Shown piece by piece: positions 41,874 to 52,069 of a DNA stretch of 64,000 nt (its first letter is position 1; each line of letters starts with the position of its first letter). The notes under the pieces were generated by a model. That model had not been told where the DNA came from. It did no database searches and saw nothing but the letters and a program-made list of their open reading frames with translations. The position numbers were made by a program, and so were the translations under genes. Source of the DNA: Candidatus Latescibacterota bacterium (GTDB lineage: Bacteria > Latescibacterota > UBA2968 > UBA8231); contig CBDCSU010000005.1 of the NCBI GenBank assembly GCA_965221775.1, positions 1,184,001 through 1,248,000 of the forward strand, given 5' to 3'.

Positions 41874-44552
41874 ATGAGCCCGCCGATCCGCCCGCCGGCG
41901 ACGCCGGCCGAGATCGAGACCCGCGAGTGGCTCGACTCCCTGGAGTACGTCCTCGCCGCCTCCGGGCCCGAGCGCGTCGTCGAGCTGCTCGACCAGCTCC
42001 GTGACCGGGCCCGCCGCCGGGGCGTGACCCTGCCCCTGGCGACGAACACCCCCTACGTCAACACCATCCCCGCCGACCGCCAGCCCCCCTACCCCGGCGA
42101 CCACCGCCTGGAGCAGCGGCTGCGCGACATCCTGCGCTGGAACGCCGCCATCATGGTGGTGCGGGCCAACCACGAAGACCCGACGATCGGCGGCCACATC
42201 GCCACCTACGCCTCGGCGGCGACCCTGATGGAGGTCGCCTTCCACCACTTCCTGCGCGGGCGCACCGACGAGTTCGAGGGCGACCACGTGTTCTTCCAGG
42301 CCCACACCTCGCCCGGGATCTACGCCCGCGCCTTCCTGGAGGGCCGCCTGAGCGAGGAGCAGCTCGTCAACTTCCGCCACGAGCTGCGGCCCGGCGGCGG
42401 CCTGCCCTCCTACCCCCACCCGCGGCTGATGCCGGGGTTCTGGCCGTTCCCGTCGGCCTCGATGGGTCTGGCGCCGATCATGGCGATCTACCAGGCGCGC
42501 TACAACCGCTACCTCGAGGACCGCGGCCTCAAGGAGCCCGGCGGCGCCAAGGTCTGGGCCTTCCTCGGCGACGGCGAGATGGACGAGCCCGAGGCCCTGG
42601 GGGCGATCTCCCTGGCCGCGCGCGAGCGCCTCGACAACCTCGTCTTCGTCATCAACTGCAACCTCCAGCGCCTCGACGGCCCGGTGCGCGGCAACGCCAA
42701 GATCATCCAGGAGCTGGAGACCTTCTTCCGCGGCGCCGAGTGGAACGTCATCAAGGTGATCTGGGGCTCCGACTGGGACCCGCTGCTGGCGCGCGACCCG
42801 GACGGACTGCTGTCGCGCCGCATGGGCGAGCTGGTGGACGGCCAGTACCAGAAGTACTCCGTCTCCACCGGCGAGTACCAGCGGCAGCACTTCTTCGGCG
42901 GCGACCCGCGCCTGATGAGGCTGTCCGAGGGCCTGACGGACGAGCAGATCCGCACCATCCGGCGCGGCGGCCACGATGCCGAGAAGGTCCACGCCGCCTT
43001 CGCCGCCGCCACCGGGTTCCGCGGCGCCCCGTCGGTGGTGCTCGCCAAGACGATCAAGGGCTTCGGCATGGGCCGCGTCGGCGAGGGGGCGATGACGGCG
43101 CACCAGCTCAAGCGCCTCGACATGGAGGTGATGCGCGAGATGCGCACCCGCTTCGACATCCCCCTCTCCGACGAGGAGGTGGAGGAACTGCCCTTCTACC
43201 GGCCGCCCGAGGACAGCCCCGAGATCCACTATTTGCTGGAGCGGCGGCGGGCCCTGGGCGGGTTCGTGCCCGAGCGCTCCGAGGCCGCCGCCCCCTCCGA
43301 GCCCCCGGTGGAGGGCCTGTTCCAGGAGTTCCACCAGGGCAGCCGCGGCCGCCGCGCCTCGACGACCATGGTGCTGGTGCGCATCCTCGCCAAGCTGCTG
43401 CGCGACCCGGGGCTGGGGCGCCTCATCGTGCCCATGGTCCCCGACGAGGCCCGCACCTTCGGCATGGAGGCCCTCTTCCGGCAGTACGGCATCTACTCCC
43501 ACATCGGCCAGCTCTACGAGCCCGTCGACTCCGAGAGCCTCACCTACTACCGCGAGGCCCGGGACGGCCAGCTCATCGAGGAGGGCATCACCGAGGCCGG
43601 GGCGCTCTCCACCTTCATCGCCGCGGGCACGGCCTACTCCACCCACGGCGTGCCGACCCTGCCCTTCTTCCTGTTCTACTCGATCTTCGGCTTCCAGCGC
43701 GTGGGCGACCTGATCTGGGCCGCCGGCGACCAGCGCGCCCGGGGGTTCCTCATCGGCGCCACCTCGGGCCGCACCACCCTCAACGGCGAGGGCCTGCAGC
43801 ACCAGGACGGCCACAGCCACATCGCCGCCTACGGCTATCCCCACGTCATCGCCTACGACCCCGCCCTCGGCTACGAGGTCGCCGTCATCGTCGAGGAGGG
43901 GATCCGCCGCATGCAGCAGGAGGGCGAGCCCGTCATCTACTACCTGACGGTGACCAACGCCTCGTACGAGATGCCGCCCATGCCCGAGGGCGCCCGCGAG
44001 GGGATCCTCAAGGGGATGTACCGGCTGCGGCCGACGGCCCACCCGCGGCGGAAGAAGCGGGCCCACCTCTTCGGCTCGGGGGCGATCCTGATGGAGGTCC
44101 TGGAGGCGCAGCGGATGCTGGAGGAGGAGTACAACGTCGCCGCCGACGTGTGGAGCGTCACCAGCTTCAAGCAGCTCCACCAGGAGGGGGCCGACGCCGA
44201 GCGCTGGAACCTGCTGCACCCCGGCGAGGCCCCGCGGGCGCCGTACGTGCAGCAGTGCCTGGAGGGCGAGACCGGCGCCTTCGTGATCGCCAGCGACTAC
44301 GTGAAGTCCCTGCCCAACTCGGTGGCGAGGTGGTTCCCGCGGCCGCCGGTGGCCCTCGGCACCGACGGCTTCGGCCGTAGCGAGTCGAGGGCCGCCCTGC
44401 GCCGGTTCTTCGAGGTCGACGCGGCGATGATCGCCTACGCCGCCCTGGCCGACCTGGCGAGGCAGGGGCAGCTGGAGGACAAGGTGGTCCGCCGGGCCAG
44501 GGAGTCCCTGGAGATCGAGGACCGGGGGAACCCGGAGTTCGACGGGAACTGA
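41874..44552 (+). CDS. aceE: Pyruvate dehydrogenase E1, homodimeric type
   Basis: ETREWLDSL, TPYVNTIP, GGHIATYAS, TPP motif GDGEMDEPE...NCNLQRLDGP, GEGLQHQDG, LGTDGFGRS. Confidence 0.95.
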   Translation: MSPPIRPPATPAEIETREWLDSLEYVLAASGPERVVELLDQLRDRARRRGVTLPLATNTPYVNTIPADRQPPYPGDHRLEQRLRDILRWNAAIMVVRANHEDPTIGGHIATYASAATLMEVAFHHFLRGRTDEFEGDHVFFQAHTSPGIYARAFLEGRLSEEQLVNFRHELRPGGGLPSYPHPRLMPGFWPFPSASMGLAPIMAIYQARYNRYLEDRGLKEPGGAKVWAFLGDGEMDEPEALGAISLAARERLDNLVFVINCNLQRLDGPVRGNAKIIQELETFFRGAEWNVIKVIWGSDWDPLLARDPDGLLSRRMGELVDGQYQKYSVSTGEYQRQHFFGGDPRLMRLSEGLTDEQIRTIRRGGHDAEKVHAAFAAATGFRGAPSVVLAKTIKGFGMGRVGEGAMTAHQLKRLDMEVMREMRTRFDIPLSDEEVEELPFYRPPEDSPEIHYLLERRRALGGFVPERSEAAAPSEPPVEGLFQEFHQGSRGRRASTTMVLVRILAKLLRDPGLGRLIVPMVPDEARTFGMEALFRQYGIYSHIGQLYEPVDSESLTYYREARDGQLIEEGITEAGALSTFIAAGTAYSTHGVPTLPFFLFYSIFGFQRVGDLIWAAGDQRARGFLIGATSGRTTLNGEGLQHQDGHSHIAAYGYPHVIAYDPALGYEVAVIVEEGIRRMQQEGEPVIYYLTVTNASYEMPPMPEGAREGILKGMYRLRPTAHPRRKKRAHLFGSGAILMEVLEAQRMLEEEYNVAADVWSVTSFKQLHQEGADAERWNLLHPGEAPRAPYVQQCLEGETGAFVIASDYVKSLPNSVARWFPRPPVALGTDGFGRSESRAALRRFFEVDAAMIAYAALADLARQGQLEDKVVRRARESLEIEDRGNPEFDGN

Positions 44553-45106
44553 TGATGGAATCCCCCGCTCCGGAGGCGGTCCAGGCCGGACCCCTGCCCC
44601 TGGAGCATCCCTTCGTCAAGGCCGTGAGCCGCCTCGACCTCGAAGGCGTCGCCGAGATGCTGACCGCCGCTCCCGGCCTCGTCGACGCGGACCTGCACGG
44701 CCGGGCGTGGATCGGCGGCCCGAGGCGGACAGCCTCCGGGTGGGAGCGGGCCCCGGAACAGACCAGCCGTGCCGTGCACCTGGCCGCCTACGGCCACGCC
44801 GGCCTGTTGCGGCTGCTCATCGAACATGGCGCCGACCCCGACCGCCTGGGGAAGAGCCGCGGCGGCACCACGACCCTGCAGTCCCTCGTCGCCCCCGACG
44901 GCGTCGAGGCGCGGGAACTGGCCCGCAACGGGGAGCACATCCTGGCCATGGAGCTGCTCCTCGAACACGGCGCCGGCGTCAACACCCTGTCGGCGGAGGG
45001 CATGACCGCCCTCGACTACGCCGAGGAGATCGACTCCGGGCCGGTGGCGGACTTCCTGCGGCAGCGGGGCGGGAGAAGGGCCAGGGAACCATGGACAACA
45101 AGCTGA
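44552..45106 (+). CDS. Ankyrin-repeat protein 1 (short)
   Basis: TGATG overlap with aceE; AVHLAAYGH..LLIEHGADP, LLEHGAGVN...GMTALDYA. Confidence 0.8.
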   Translation: MMESPAPEAVQAGPLPLEHPFVKAVSRLDLEGVAEMLTAAPGLVDADLHGRAWIGGPRRTASGWERAPEQTSRAVHLAAYGHAGLLRLLIEHGADPDRLGKSRGGTTTLQSLVAPDGVEARELARNGEHILAMELLLEHGAGVNTLSAEGMTALDYAEEIDSGPVADFLRQRGGRRAREPWTTS

Positions 45107-46236
45107 CCCGGGCCTTCGAGAGCCGGGAGGGACGGAAGCTCACGGACCGCGAGCTGCGGTTCCTGCACGCCGCGGGGCACGGCGCGGACTCGCGGGGCCG
45201 GGGCGCAACCAGCGACGTCGGCCGAATGCGCGCGCTGCTCGGCGAACAACCGTCCCTGCTCGACACGGTCGGCCCCGTCGCCCTCAGCCAGGCCGTCGGC
45301 TGCAACAGCTACGACGCGGTCCGGCTCCTCCTCGACCGCGGGGTCCGGGAGCTGTACGACGCTCAGACGGGGAGGCCGCGAGAGGAGCAGCACGAGCCGA
45401 TCACCCACGCCTTCTACGTGGGCATGGGGGAGAACGCGGAGCTGGACGCGGAGCTGGTGACGCGGGCCGGGCGGTTCCGGATCCTGCGGACCTTGTTCGA
45501 CGCGGGCATCGCCGACGCCTCGGTCATCTCCACCTCCCATGTCGGTTGGCCCGGCAACACCTCGTTGCTCTTCTGGGCCGTCTACCGGCGGCTGGAGTTC
45601 TCGGAGTTCGCCCTCGAGCACGGCGCCGATCCCGAGGCGCCGATCTCCGGGAACGGGGAGCGGGGCACGACGGTGCTGCAGCACGCGGTGGCGCCGCCCT
45701 TCGACGGTGCGAGCGCGCCATGGGACAGCCTCGAGAGATGGAAGCGGGGGCTGAGGTTCGCCGAGTTCCTGCTCTCCCGCGGCGCCTTCTACGACATCTT
45801 CTCCGCCTGCGGGCGCGAGGATCTCGACCGCGTCCGCGCCCTCACCGCCGGCGACCCCGGCGCGGTCACCCGCCCGGGAGAGGCCGACATGACGCCCCTG
45901 CACTGGGCGGCACGGGCCGGCGCCGGCAAGTGCACGCGGTGGCTGCTGGCCCGGGGCGCGGATGTGAACGCCGAGACGGTCTCGCGGCGCACGGCCCTGC
46001 ACTTGGCCGCGGAATGGGGACTCACCGACGTGATCTGGCTGCTGGCCGGGCACGGGGCGGACCTGAACCCGCAGGACACGAAGGGCCGGACGCCTCTCCA
46101 CCGGGCCGCCTACCTGGGCCAGGTCGAAGCGGCGGAGGCCCTCATCGTGCTCGGCGCCGACACGCATCTGGAGACGCGCACGGGCAAGACGGCGCTTCAG
46201 TCCGCGCGTCTCGACTGCAAGTTCCTGAAGAGCTGA
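45091..46236 (+). CDS. Ankyrin-repeat protein 2
   Basis: MTPLHWAA, RTALHLAA, GRTPLHRAA, GADxN; start MDNKL. Confidence 0.9.
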   Translation: MDNKLTRAFESREGRKLTDRELRFLHAAGHGADSRGRGATSDVGRMRALLGEQPSLLDTVGPVALSQAVGCNSYDAVRLLLDRGVRELYDAQTGRPREEQHEPITHAFYVGMGENAELDAELVTRAGRFRILRTLFDAGIADASVISTSHVGWPGNTSLLFWAVYRRLEFSEFALEHGADPEAPISGNGERGTTVLQHAVAPPFDGASAPWDSLERWKRGLRFAEFLLSRGAFYDIFSACGREDLDRVRALTAGDPGAVTRPGEADMTPLHWAARAGAGKCTRWLLARGADVNAETVSRRTALHLAAEWGLTDVIWLLAGHGADLNPQDTKGRTPLHRAAYLGQVEAAEALIVLGADTHLETRTGKTALQSARLDCKFLKS

Positions 46237-46240
46237 CAGC

Positions 46241-47362
46241 GTGGCTACGGACGACTCCTACCTGCTGGCCAAGATGGAGGGCGCCTTCCACCTGCGGGAA
46301 GGCCGCGGCATGACCGACCGCGAGCGGCGGTTCGCCATCGCCTCCGCCCACGACGCCGCCGACGAGTGCCACGCCACCTGCGACGTCTCCCGCATGCGGT
46401 CCCTTCTCCGGGAGCAGCCATCGCTCCTCGACACGGTCGGCTCCCTCGCCCTGTCCATGGCCACCACCTACCACGGCACCCACGACGCCGTCGTCTTCCT
46501 CCTCGACCGCGGCGTGCGCACCCTCTACGACTGCGAGACCGGGTTGGCCGGCAAGGGGAATCACGAGGCGGTCTCGGGGGCCTTCTACTGCGGCAACTTC
46601 CGGACCCTGCGGACCCTCTTCGAGGCCGGCGTCACCGATGCCTCCTTCGCCAACATGCCGTGGATCTCCTGGCCCCACAAGACGACCCTGCTGCGGATGT
46701 CGATCTACCGGCCCCTGGAGTACGCGCGGTTCGCCCTGGAGCACGGGGTCGACCCCGACGAGGAGCTCCCCTTCGAGGAGGAGAGCGGCCGCACGGCGCT
46801 GCAGAACGCGGTGGCGCCTCCCGTGGGCGGGGCGGGCCTGCCCTGGCACAACCCGGAGCGGTGGGCGCAGGGAATGCGCTTCGCGGAGTTCCTGCTCTCG
46901 GAAGGGGCGTACTACGATGTCTTCTCCGCGTGCGGCCGCGGCGACCTCGACCGGTTGCGGACCCTGACGGCCGAGGACCGGGGGGTGATCGAGACCCGGG
47001 GCGCCGCCGACCTGACCCCCCTGCACTGGGCGGTGCGCGGCCGGTCCCTCGATTGCGCGCGCTGGCTGCTGGACCGTGGCGCCGACGCGAACGCCGAGTC
47101 GCTCTCGGGCCGCACGGCGCTGCACATCGCCGCCGAGTGGGGACTCGACGACATGGTCTGGCTCCTCGCCGGGTACGGCGCCGACCTGAACCCGCGGGAC
47201 ACGAAGGGGCGGACCCCCCTCCACCGCGCCACCTACCTGGGGGAGGTCGAGGCGGCGGAGGCGCTCATCGTCCTGGGAGCCGGCACGCGGCTCCGGACCC
47301 GCGCCGGCAAGACGGCCATCGAGCTGGCGCGGCTCGGCTGCAAGTACCTCAGGCAGGGATAG
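46241..47362 (+). CDS. Ankyrin-repeat protein 3 (paralogue of 2)
   Basis: LTPLHWAV, RTALHIAAEWG, DTKGRTPLHRA. Confidence 0.9.
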   Translation: MATDDSYLLAKMEGAFHLREGRGMTDRERRFAIASAHDAADECHATCDVSRMRSLLREQPSLLDTVGSLALSMATTYHGTHDAVVFLLDRGVRTLYDCETGLAGKGNHEAVSGAFYCGNFRTLRTLFEAGVTDASFANMPWISWPHKTTLLRMSIYRPLEYARFALEHGVDPDEELPFEEESGRTALQNAVAPPVGGAGLPWHNPERWAQGMRFAEFLLSEGAYYDVFSACGRGDLDRLRTLTAEDRGVIETRGAADLTPLHWAVRGRSLDCARWLLDRGADANAESLSGRTALHIAAEWGLDDMVWLLAGYGADLNPRDTKGRTPLHRATYLGEVEAAEALIVLGAGTRLRTRAGKTAIELARLGCKYLRQG

Positions 47363-47373
47363 GAGAGGATCGC

Positions 47374-48447
47374 ATGGACGACGGGGAGACCGCCGCCTTC
47401 TGGCGGCAAGCCTGGATGTCGGAGCACGAACGCCCGCTGACACCGGCTGAGGAGGAGTTCGTGGACGCCTCCGTCCGCCACACCTCTGACCGCTGGAGCG
47501 GCGAGTGCGACGTGGAGCGCATGGCGGCCCTCGTGGAGCGCCATCCCTCGCTGCTGGAGACGATCGGCCCCGCGGTGCTCAACATCGCCGCGTACCGGGG
47601 CGGCTGCGCGCCGGCCCTGGAGTTTCTGCTCGACCGGGGGCTGGTGTTCTCGGTGGCCGAGCACCGGGCCAGGGGCGGCAAGGAGTCCGAGTACGACATC
47701 GTCCACGAGGCCGCCTGGGCCGTCTCCACCGACAACCTGCGCATCCTACTCGAGCGCGGCATGGCCGACGCCAGGAGCACCTCGAACCCGCACACCGGCT
47801 GGCCCGACAACGTCTCCCTCCTCTACTGGGCGGCCATCCAGCGGGACGGCGAGGCCCTCACCCGGCTGCTGCTGGAGCACGGCGCCGACCCCGAGGTGAA
47901 GTTCAAGGGCAACGGCGAGCGCGGGTGCACAGCCCTGCAGGAAGCCTGCGTGCACGGCAGGAGCAACCGCGACGGAATCGTCCAGGCCCTGATCGACCAC
48001 GGCGCCCACTACGACCCGTTCTCCGCCAGCGCCCGGGACGACCTCGACCGCCTGCGCCAGTGCGCGCGCGAAGAGCCCGGCGTGGCGCGGTCCCTGGGAG
48101 AGGCGGACATGACCCCCCTCCACTGGGCCGCCCGCGCCGGCGCGCTGCGCTGCGCCCGATGGCTGCTGAACCACGGAGCGGACGTCGACGCGCAGACCGT
48201 GGCGGGGCGGACCCCCCTGCACATGGCCGGCGCCGAGATGCTGTGGCTGCTGGCCGGGAAGGGCGCGGACCTGAACGCCCGGGACAAGAAGGGCCGCACG
48301 CCGCTGCACCAGGCGATGTACGGGGGCGATCTCGAGGAGGCGGAGATCCTGATCGTCCTCGGCGCCGACGTGCGCGTCCCCAACCGGCGGGGGAAGACGC
48401 CCTTGCAGGTGGCGCGCAAGGACTGTTTGTTCTTCAAGCGGGGATGA
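47374..48447 (+). CDS. Ankyrin-repeat protein 4 (paralogue of 2 and 3)
   Basis: RBS AGGAG; GEADMTPLHWAARAGA, GRTPLH repeats. Confidence 0.9.
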   Translation: MDDGETAAFWRQAWMSEHERPLTPAEEEFVDASVRHTSDRWSGECDVERMAALVERHPSLLETIGPAVLNIAAYRGGCAPALEFLLDRGLVFSVAEHRARGGKESEYDIVHEAAWAVSTDNLRILLERGMADARSTSNPHTGWPDNVSLLYWAAIQRDGEALTRLLLEHGADPEVKFKGNGERGCTALQEACVHGRSNRDGIVQALIDHGAHYDPFSASARDDLDRLRQCAREEPGVARSLGEADMTPLHWAARAGALRCARWLLNHGADVDAQTVAGRTPLHMAGAEMLWLLAGKGADLNARDKKGRTPLHQAMYGGDLEEAEILIVLGADVRVPNRRGKTPLQVARKDCLFFKRG

Positions 48448-48650
48448 GGAACAGCACCTGACAAGCACGTGAAGCATCTCATCGCGTGGACGAGGGCCAG
48501 TCTGACCTCGACATCAGTTCCCCCAGCCGCAAGGAAACCTCTCCCTACTGGCCAACAGAAGCGTGATCTCAAGGCTCCCCTTTAGGGCTACTGATAGAGT
48601 TGCCGGTTTGACTATGGAACCCGACTTCAATGACAAATGAGGAGTCCAAA

Positions 48651-49316
48651 ATGAGAAGCAAGGATCGTAGATTACTGCTGATGATTGCCGTTCTGATGAC
48701 AGTAGGCTGCAAGATGCACATAGTACCGGAGCTGTATTTGACAGACCTACGAGACGTAGCCGTGAACAAGACGCAGAACGTGACGGTTCTAGCTACTCTG
48801 TCAATTGAAATCCCTTCATCGAGTGAGTGTGCAAAATACACCCGACAAGTCACTCAGAAGATAGGAGCGAACTTTGTGGGTTTTACCACTAAGGGATGTG
48901 AAGACCAAGGGATGGATTCGTACCTTCTCGCCAATGCCTCTCTGCCCCTAGTTCATTCTGTGGAAGAGTGGAATCGGGTGAAACACCGTTCGTTATTTGG
49001 GATTGTGTCCTATGCGGATGAGGATGGGGATAGAGTGGGCGTGCATATTATGTTGGATCTAGTGGCGTACGAAGACCTGAGTGATGACGTAAACATTGAA
49101 AAGTCCGAATTCGGATTCATAGTAATGAATGATGGTAGAGAGGCGGACGAATTCCATGTGTCTGGCTCATTCGTAAATGGCGTTGCAGTGCCATACACGA
49201 GGGAATTCTCAGTGGAACGTAGAGGAAGATTGGACGTAACAATCAGTAATGTGAAACTCTCTTACCTGGCCAAGAACGGAACCACAATGCTGATGGCGTT
49301 GCCAGGAATCCAGTAG
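48651..49316 (+). CDS. Low-GC hypothetical lipoprotein
   Basis: GAGGAG RBS; MRSKDRRLLLMIAVLMTVGC lipobox; markedly AT-richer codons than flanks. Confidence 0.8.
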   Translation: MRSKDRRLLLMIAVLMTVGCKMHIVPELYLTDLRDVAVNKTQNVTVLATLSIEIPSSSECAKYTRQVTQKIGANFVGFTTKGCEDQGMDSYLLANASLPLVHSVEEWNRVKHRSLFGIVSYADEDGDRVGVHIMLDLVAYEDLSDDVNIEKSEFGFIVMNDGREADEFHVSGSFVNGVAVPYTREFSVERRGRLDVTISNVKLSYLAKNGTTMLMALPGIQ

Positions 49317-49410
49317 AGCAGCGAGGAGCCAGGATCCGCCGACTTCGGATCCCTGCTCACCCGGCCCCTCCACCCGCGACTCGGACAGGCCCGGCAAGAT
49401 CCGCTTCCCA

Positions 49411-51504
49411 ATGAGGACGCCACCCCTCCAGTCCGCCCTCGAAGCCGTGGAAGCCGGCGACCCCCAGGCCCTCCGCCCCCTGCTGGAGGCCCACCCCTCC
49501 CTCGTGAACACCCCCCTGCCGCACGACGGCCGCACCAGGCGACCCATGCCGACGCTGCTGCACCGGGCCGTCCTCGCCTGGTGCGAAGGGGAGCCGGAGG
49601 TGCCCCAGCTGCTGATCGATCACGGCGCCGACGTAAACAGCACGGCGGGCGGGGCCCTGGCGCCCCTGGAGATGGCGGCGGCGTCCCTGCACCCGGGGAT
49701 CGCCGAGCTGCTGATCGGCAACGGCGCCGACGTGGAGCTGCACGTGGAGGTGCCGCCGGTGGAGGTGGCCGTCCTCTACCAGAGAAGGCAGATCTTCAAG
49801 TTCCTGATCGCGGCGGGCGCGAGGTACGACATCTCCCATACGCTGCGCCTGGGCATGATGGCGGAGACGCGGGCCCTGCTCGCCGCCGATCCGTCTCTCG
49901 CCAACACCGAGACCGACCACGGGCTGCCGCTGAACCTGGCGGTGGGCAAGCCGGGGATCTTCAAGCTGCTGCTGCGCCACGGGGCGGACATCCACGCCCA
50001 GGACTCCCTCGGCCTGACGGCCCTGAAGGCGGCGCGGACCCCGGAGAGCGACAAGGAGGTGCGGGCCCTGCTGGAGATGGGGGTCGAGGACGACATCTAC
50101 GGGGCCCTGGCGGCCGCCGACGAGGCCCGGGTCGAGGCGATCCTGAAGGCCGACCCGGCGCAGGCGCACCCGGTGCGCTGCTGGCCGCAACGGGGGCCGG
50201 TCCCGCCCGTCATCTGGGCGGTCTGGTCGGGGTCGACGCGGATCCTCGAGCTGGTCCTGGAGCAGGACGTGCCTCTCGACATCCGGCCGAACCCGCTCAG
50301 CACCGCCATCGGGTACGACTACGACGAGATGGTGCGCATGCTGCTGGACAAGGGGGCCTCGCCCGAGTGCCCGGACCCCTCCGACTGGCCGGGGGCCTCC
50401 AGGCTGCGGCCGTACCGTTTCGTCTTTCCGTCGGATCCTCCCCGGCCCCACGTGCCGCTCTACACGGCCCTGCGCAGGGGAACCATCGCCGCCGTGGAGA
50501 TGCTGGTCGACGCCGGGGCGGACCCGAACTGCACCCTGACGGACTGGGCCGGCCTGCAATGGCCGGCGCTGGCGGGCAATCTGCAGCAGGTGAAGCTGCT
50601 GCTGGACCGGGGCGGCGACCCGGCGGGCCCCTGCGCCGAGAGCGCCCTCCACTGGGCGGTGCAGCTGTGCCGGCGGCCGATGATCGAGCTGCTCGTCACC
50701 CACGGCGTCGACATCGACACCGTCGACGCGGACGGCCGCGGCCTGCTCGACATGGTGGGCAAGTCCGACTGGCGACCGCGCCGCCCGGAGCGGGTCCTGA
50801 CCACCGCCTTGCTGGAGGAGCTGATCGGGCTCGTCCACGGGGCCGCCCCGGAGGCTCGCATCCTGCGTCTGCGGGGCGACCTCATGGACGCGGTCATCGA
50901 GGGCCGGACCGGCGACCTGCGCGCCGTGCAGGCGGAGGCGCCCGAGCTCTTCGAGCGGGAGCTGGTGCGGGACGAGCTGTTTCACTGGGCCGCCAGCCGG
51001 GGTCACGGCCGCGTGGTCGATCTGCTGGTGGAACTGGGCGCGCCCATGACGATCAGCGTCGCCGCGGCCCTCGGGCGGGTGGAGCTCGTCGACGCCATGT
51101 TGGCGGACAAGCCGTCGCTGGTGGAGGGGCGCCTGTCGCCCGAGGAGGTCGACTGGAACAAGCACCTGCCGTGGCACCAGTACTCGCCCCTCATCGTCGC
51201 CGCCATGAAGGACCGGGCGGAGGTGGCGGCGCTGCTGCTGGACCGCGGCGCCGGGATCGACCGCCAGGTCGGCTGGTACCAGACCACGGCCCTGCACCAC
51301 GCCGTGGACAGCGAGTCCACGGGAACCGTCAGGCTGCTGTTGGACCGGGGCGCGGACGTCGCTATCCGCAGCCGCAACCACCACCTGCCGACGGCCCTGG
51401 TGAAGAACGCGCCGTTCACGGTCTCGCGCCGCGAGATCCGCGACCTGCTCGTCGCCCACGGGGCCAACCCCGAGGAACAGCTCCCTCACACGGCAGGTGA
51501 ATGA
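49411..51504 (+). CDS. Ankyrin-repeat protein 5 (697 aa)
   Basis: Many LLxxGADxN / TALHHAV / PLxxA units. Confidence 0.92.
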   Translation: MRTPPLQSALEAVEAGDPQALRPLLEAHPSLVNTPLPHDGRTRRPMPTLLHRAVLAWCEGEPEVPQLLIDHGADVNSTAGGALAPLEMAAASLHPGIAELLIGNGADVELHVEVPPVEVAVLYQRRQIFKFLIAAGARYDISHTLRLGMMAETRALLAADPSLANTETDHGLPLNLAVGKPGIFKLLLRHGADIHAQDSLGLTALKAARTPESDKEVRALLEMGVEDDIYGALAAADEARVEAILKADPAQAHPVRCWPQRGPVPPVIWAVWSGSTRILELVLEQDVPLDIRPNPLSTAIGYDYDEMVRMLLDKGASPECPDPSDWPGASRLRPYRFVFPSDPPRPHVPLYTALRRGTIAAVEMLVDAGADPNCTLTDWAGLQWPALAGNLQQVKLLLDRGGDPAGPCAESALHWAVQLCRRPMIELLVTHGVDIDTVDADGRGLLDMVGKSDWRPRRPERVLTTALLEELIGLVHGAAPEARILRLRGDLMDAVIEGRTGDLRAVQAEAPELFERELVRDELFHWAASRGHGRVVDLLVELGAPMTISVAAALGRVELVDAMLADKPSLVEGRLSPEEVDWNKHLPWHQYSPLIVAAMKDRAEVAALLLDRGAGIDRQVGWYQTTALHHAVDSESTGTVRLLLDRGADVAIRSRNHHLPTALVKNAPFTVSRREIRDLLVAHGANPEEQLPHTAGE

Positions 51505-51578
51505 GCAGGATGAGCAACCCACCCCTCCAGGCCGCCGTCGCCGCGGTGGACGCCGGCTACGCCGAGGCCCTGCGTCGG
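51501..51578 (+). pseudogene. 5' remnant of a third long-ankyrin paralogue
   Basis: ATG overlaps the Ank5 stop; encodes MSRMSNPPLQAAVAAVDAGYAEALRR, like PPLQSALEAVEAGDPQALRP (Ank5) and PHLQAALEAVQAGDPEALRP (Ank6); homology then stops. Confidence 0.75.
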
Positions 51579-51649
51579 CGATGTGGTTCCTTCAGCAGGG
51601 GGAGGTTGCTCGTGTTCCCCGTTCGTGGTATGAAGAAGGAGGGGTGGGT

Positions 51650-51907
51650 ATGGCCAAGACCGAAATGATCCGTGCCCGGGTTGAACCGGAGCTGAAGTTC
51701 CAGGCCGAGGCGGTTTTCTCGGAGCTGGGGATGTCCGCAACGGAGGCGATCACCCTGTTCTATACACAGGTCACCCTGCATCGGGGGTTGCCCTTCGCGG
51801 TGCGGGTTCCCAATGCCGAGACCATCGAAGCGCTACGCCAGGCCCGTGCGGGCGAGGGGCTCACCGAGTACGCCGACGTGGAGGCCCTCAAAGCCGAGCA
51901 TGGTTGA
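51650..51907 (+). CDS. RelB/DinJ-family antitoxin
   Basis: AAGGAGG RBS; MAKTEMIRARVEPELK..AEAVFSELGMSATEAI.LF...GLPFAVRVPNAETIEAL. Confidence 0.92.
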   Translation: MAKTEMIRARVEPELKFQAEAVFSELGMSATEAITLFYTQVTLHRGLPFAVRVPNAETIEALRQARAGEGLTEYADVEALKAEHG

Positions 51908-51910
51908 CCC

Positions 51911-52069
51911 GTGCGCCTCGATCCACGGCATCGGCCACATCGTCTATCGGGCGATTGGTCTGCCTGCTGGGAGTGCCACCTCGAACCCGCCTGGCTGTTG
52001 ATCTGGGACCAGAGGGATGACATCCTCGTCCTGGTGCGAACCGGAACACACGCCGATCTGTTCGGGTAG
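51911..52069 (+). pseudogene. N-terminally truncated YafQ-family mRNA interferase
   Basis: Manual translation: VRLDPRHRPHRLSGDWSACWECHLEPAWLLIWDQRDDILVLVRTGTHADLFG*; C-terminal half only. Confidence 0.85.

Noticed and set aside
51624-51637. 13/14 match between CRISPR spacer 2 (minus strand cgtcgtatgaagaa) and the dinJ leader, suggesting CRISPR regulation of the TA
   Set aside because: Short match plausible by chance in 64 kb; the seed end does not align without gaps and there is no TTN PAM
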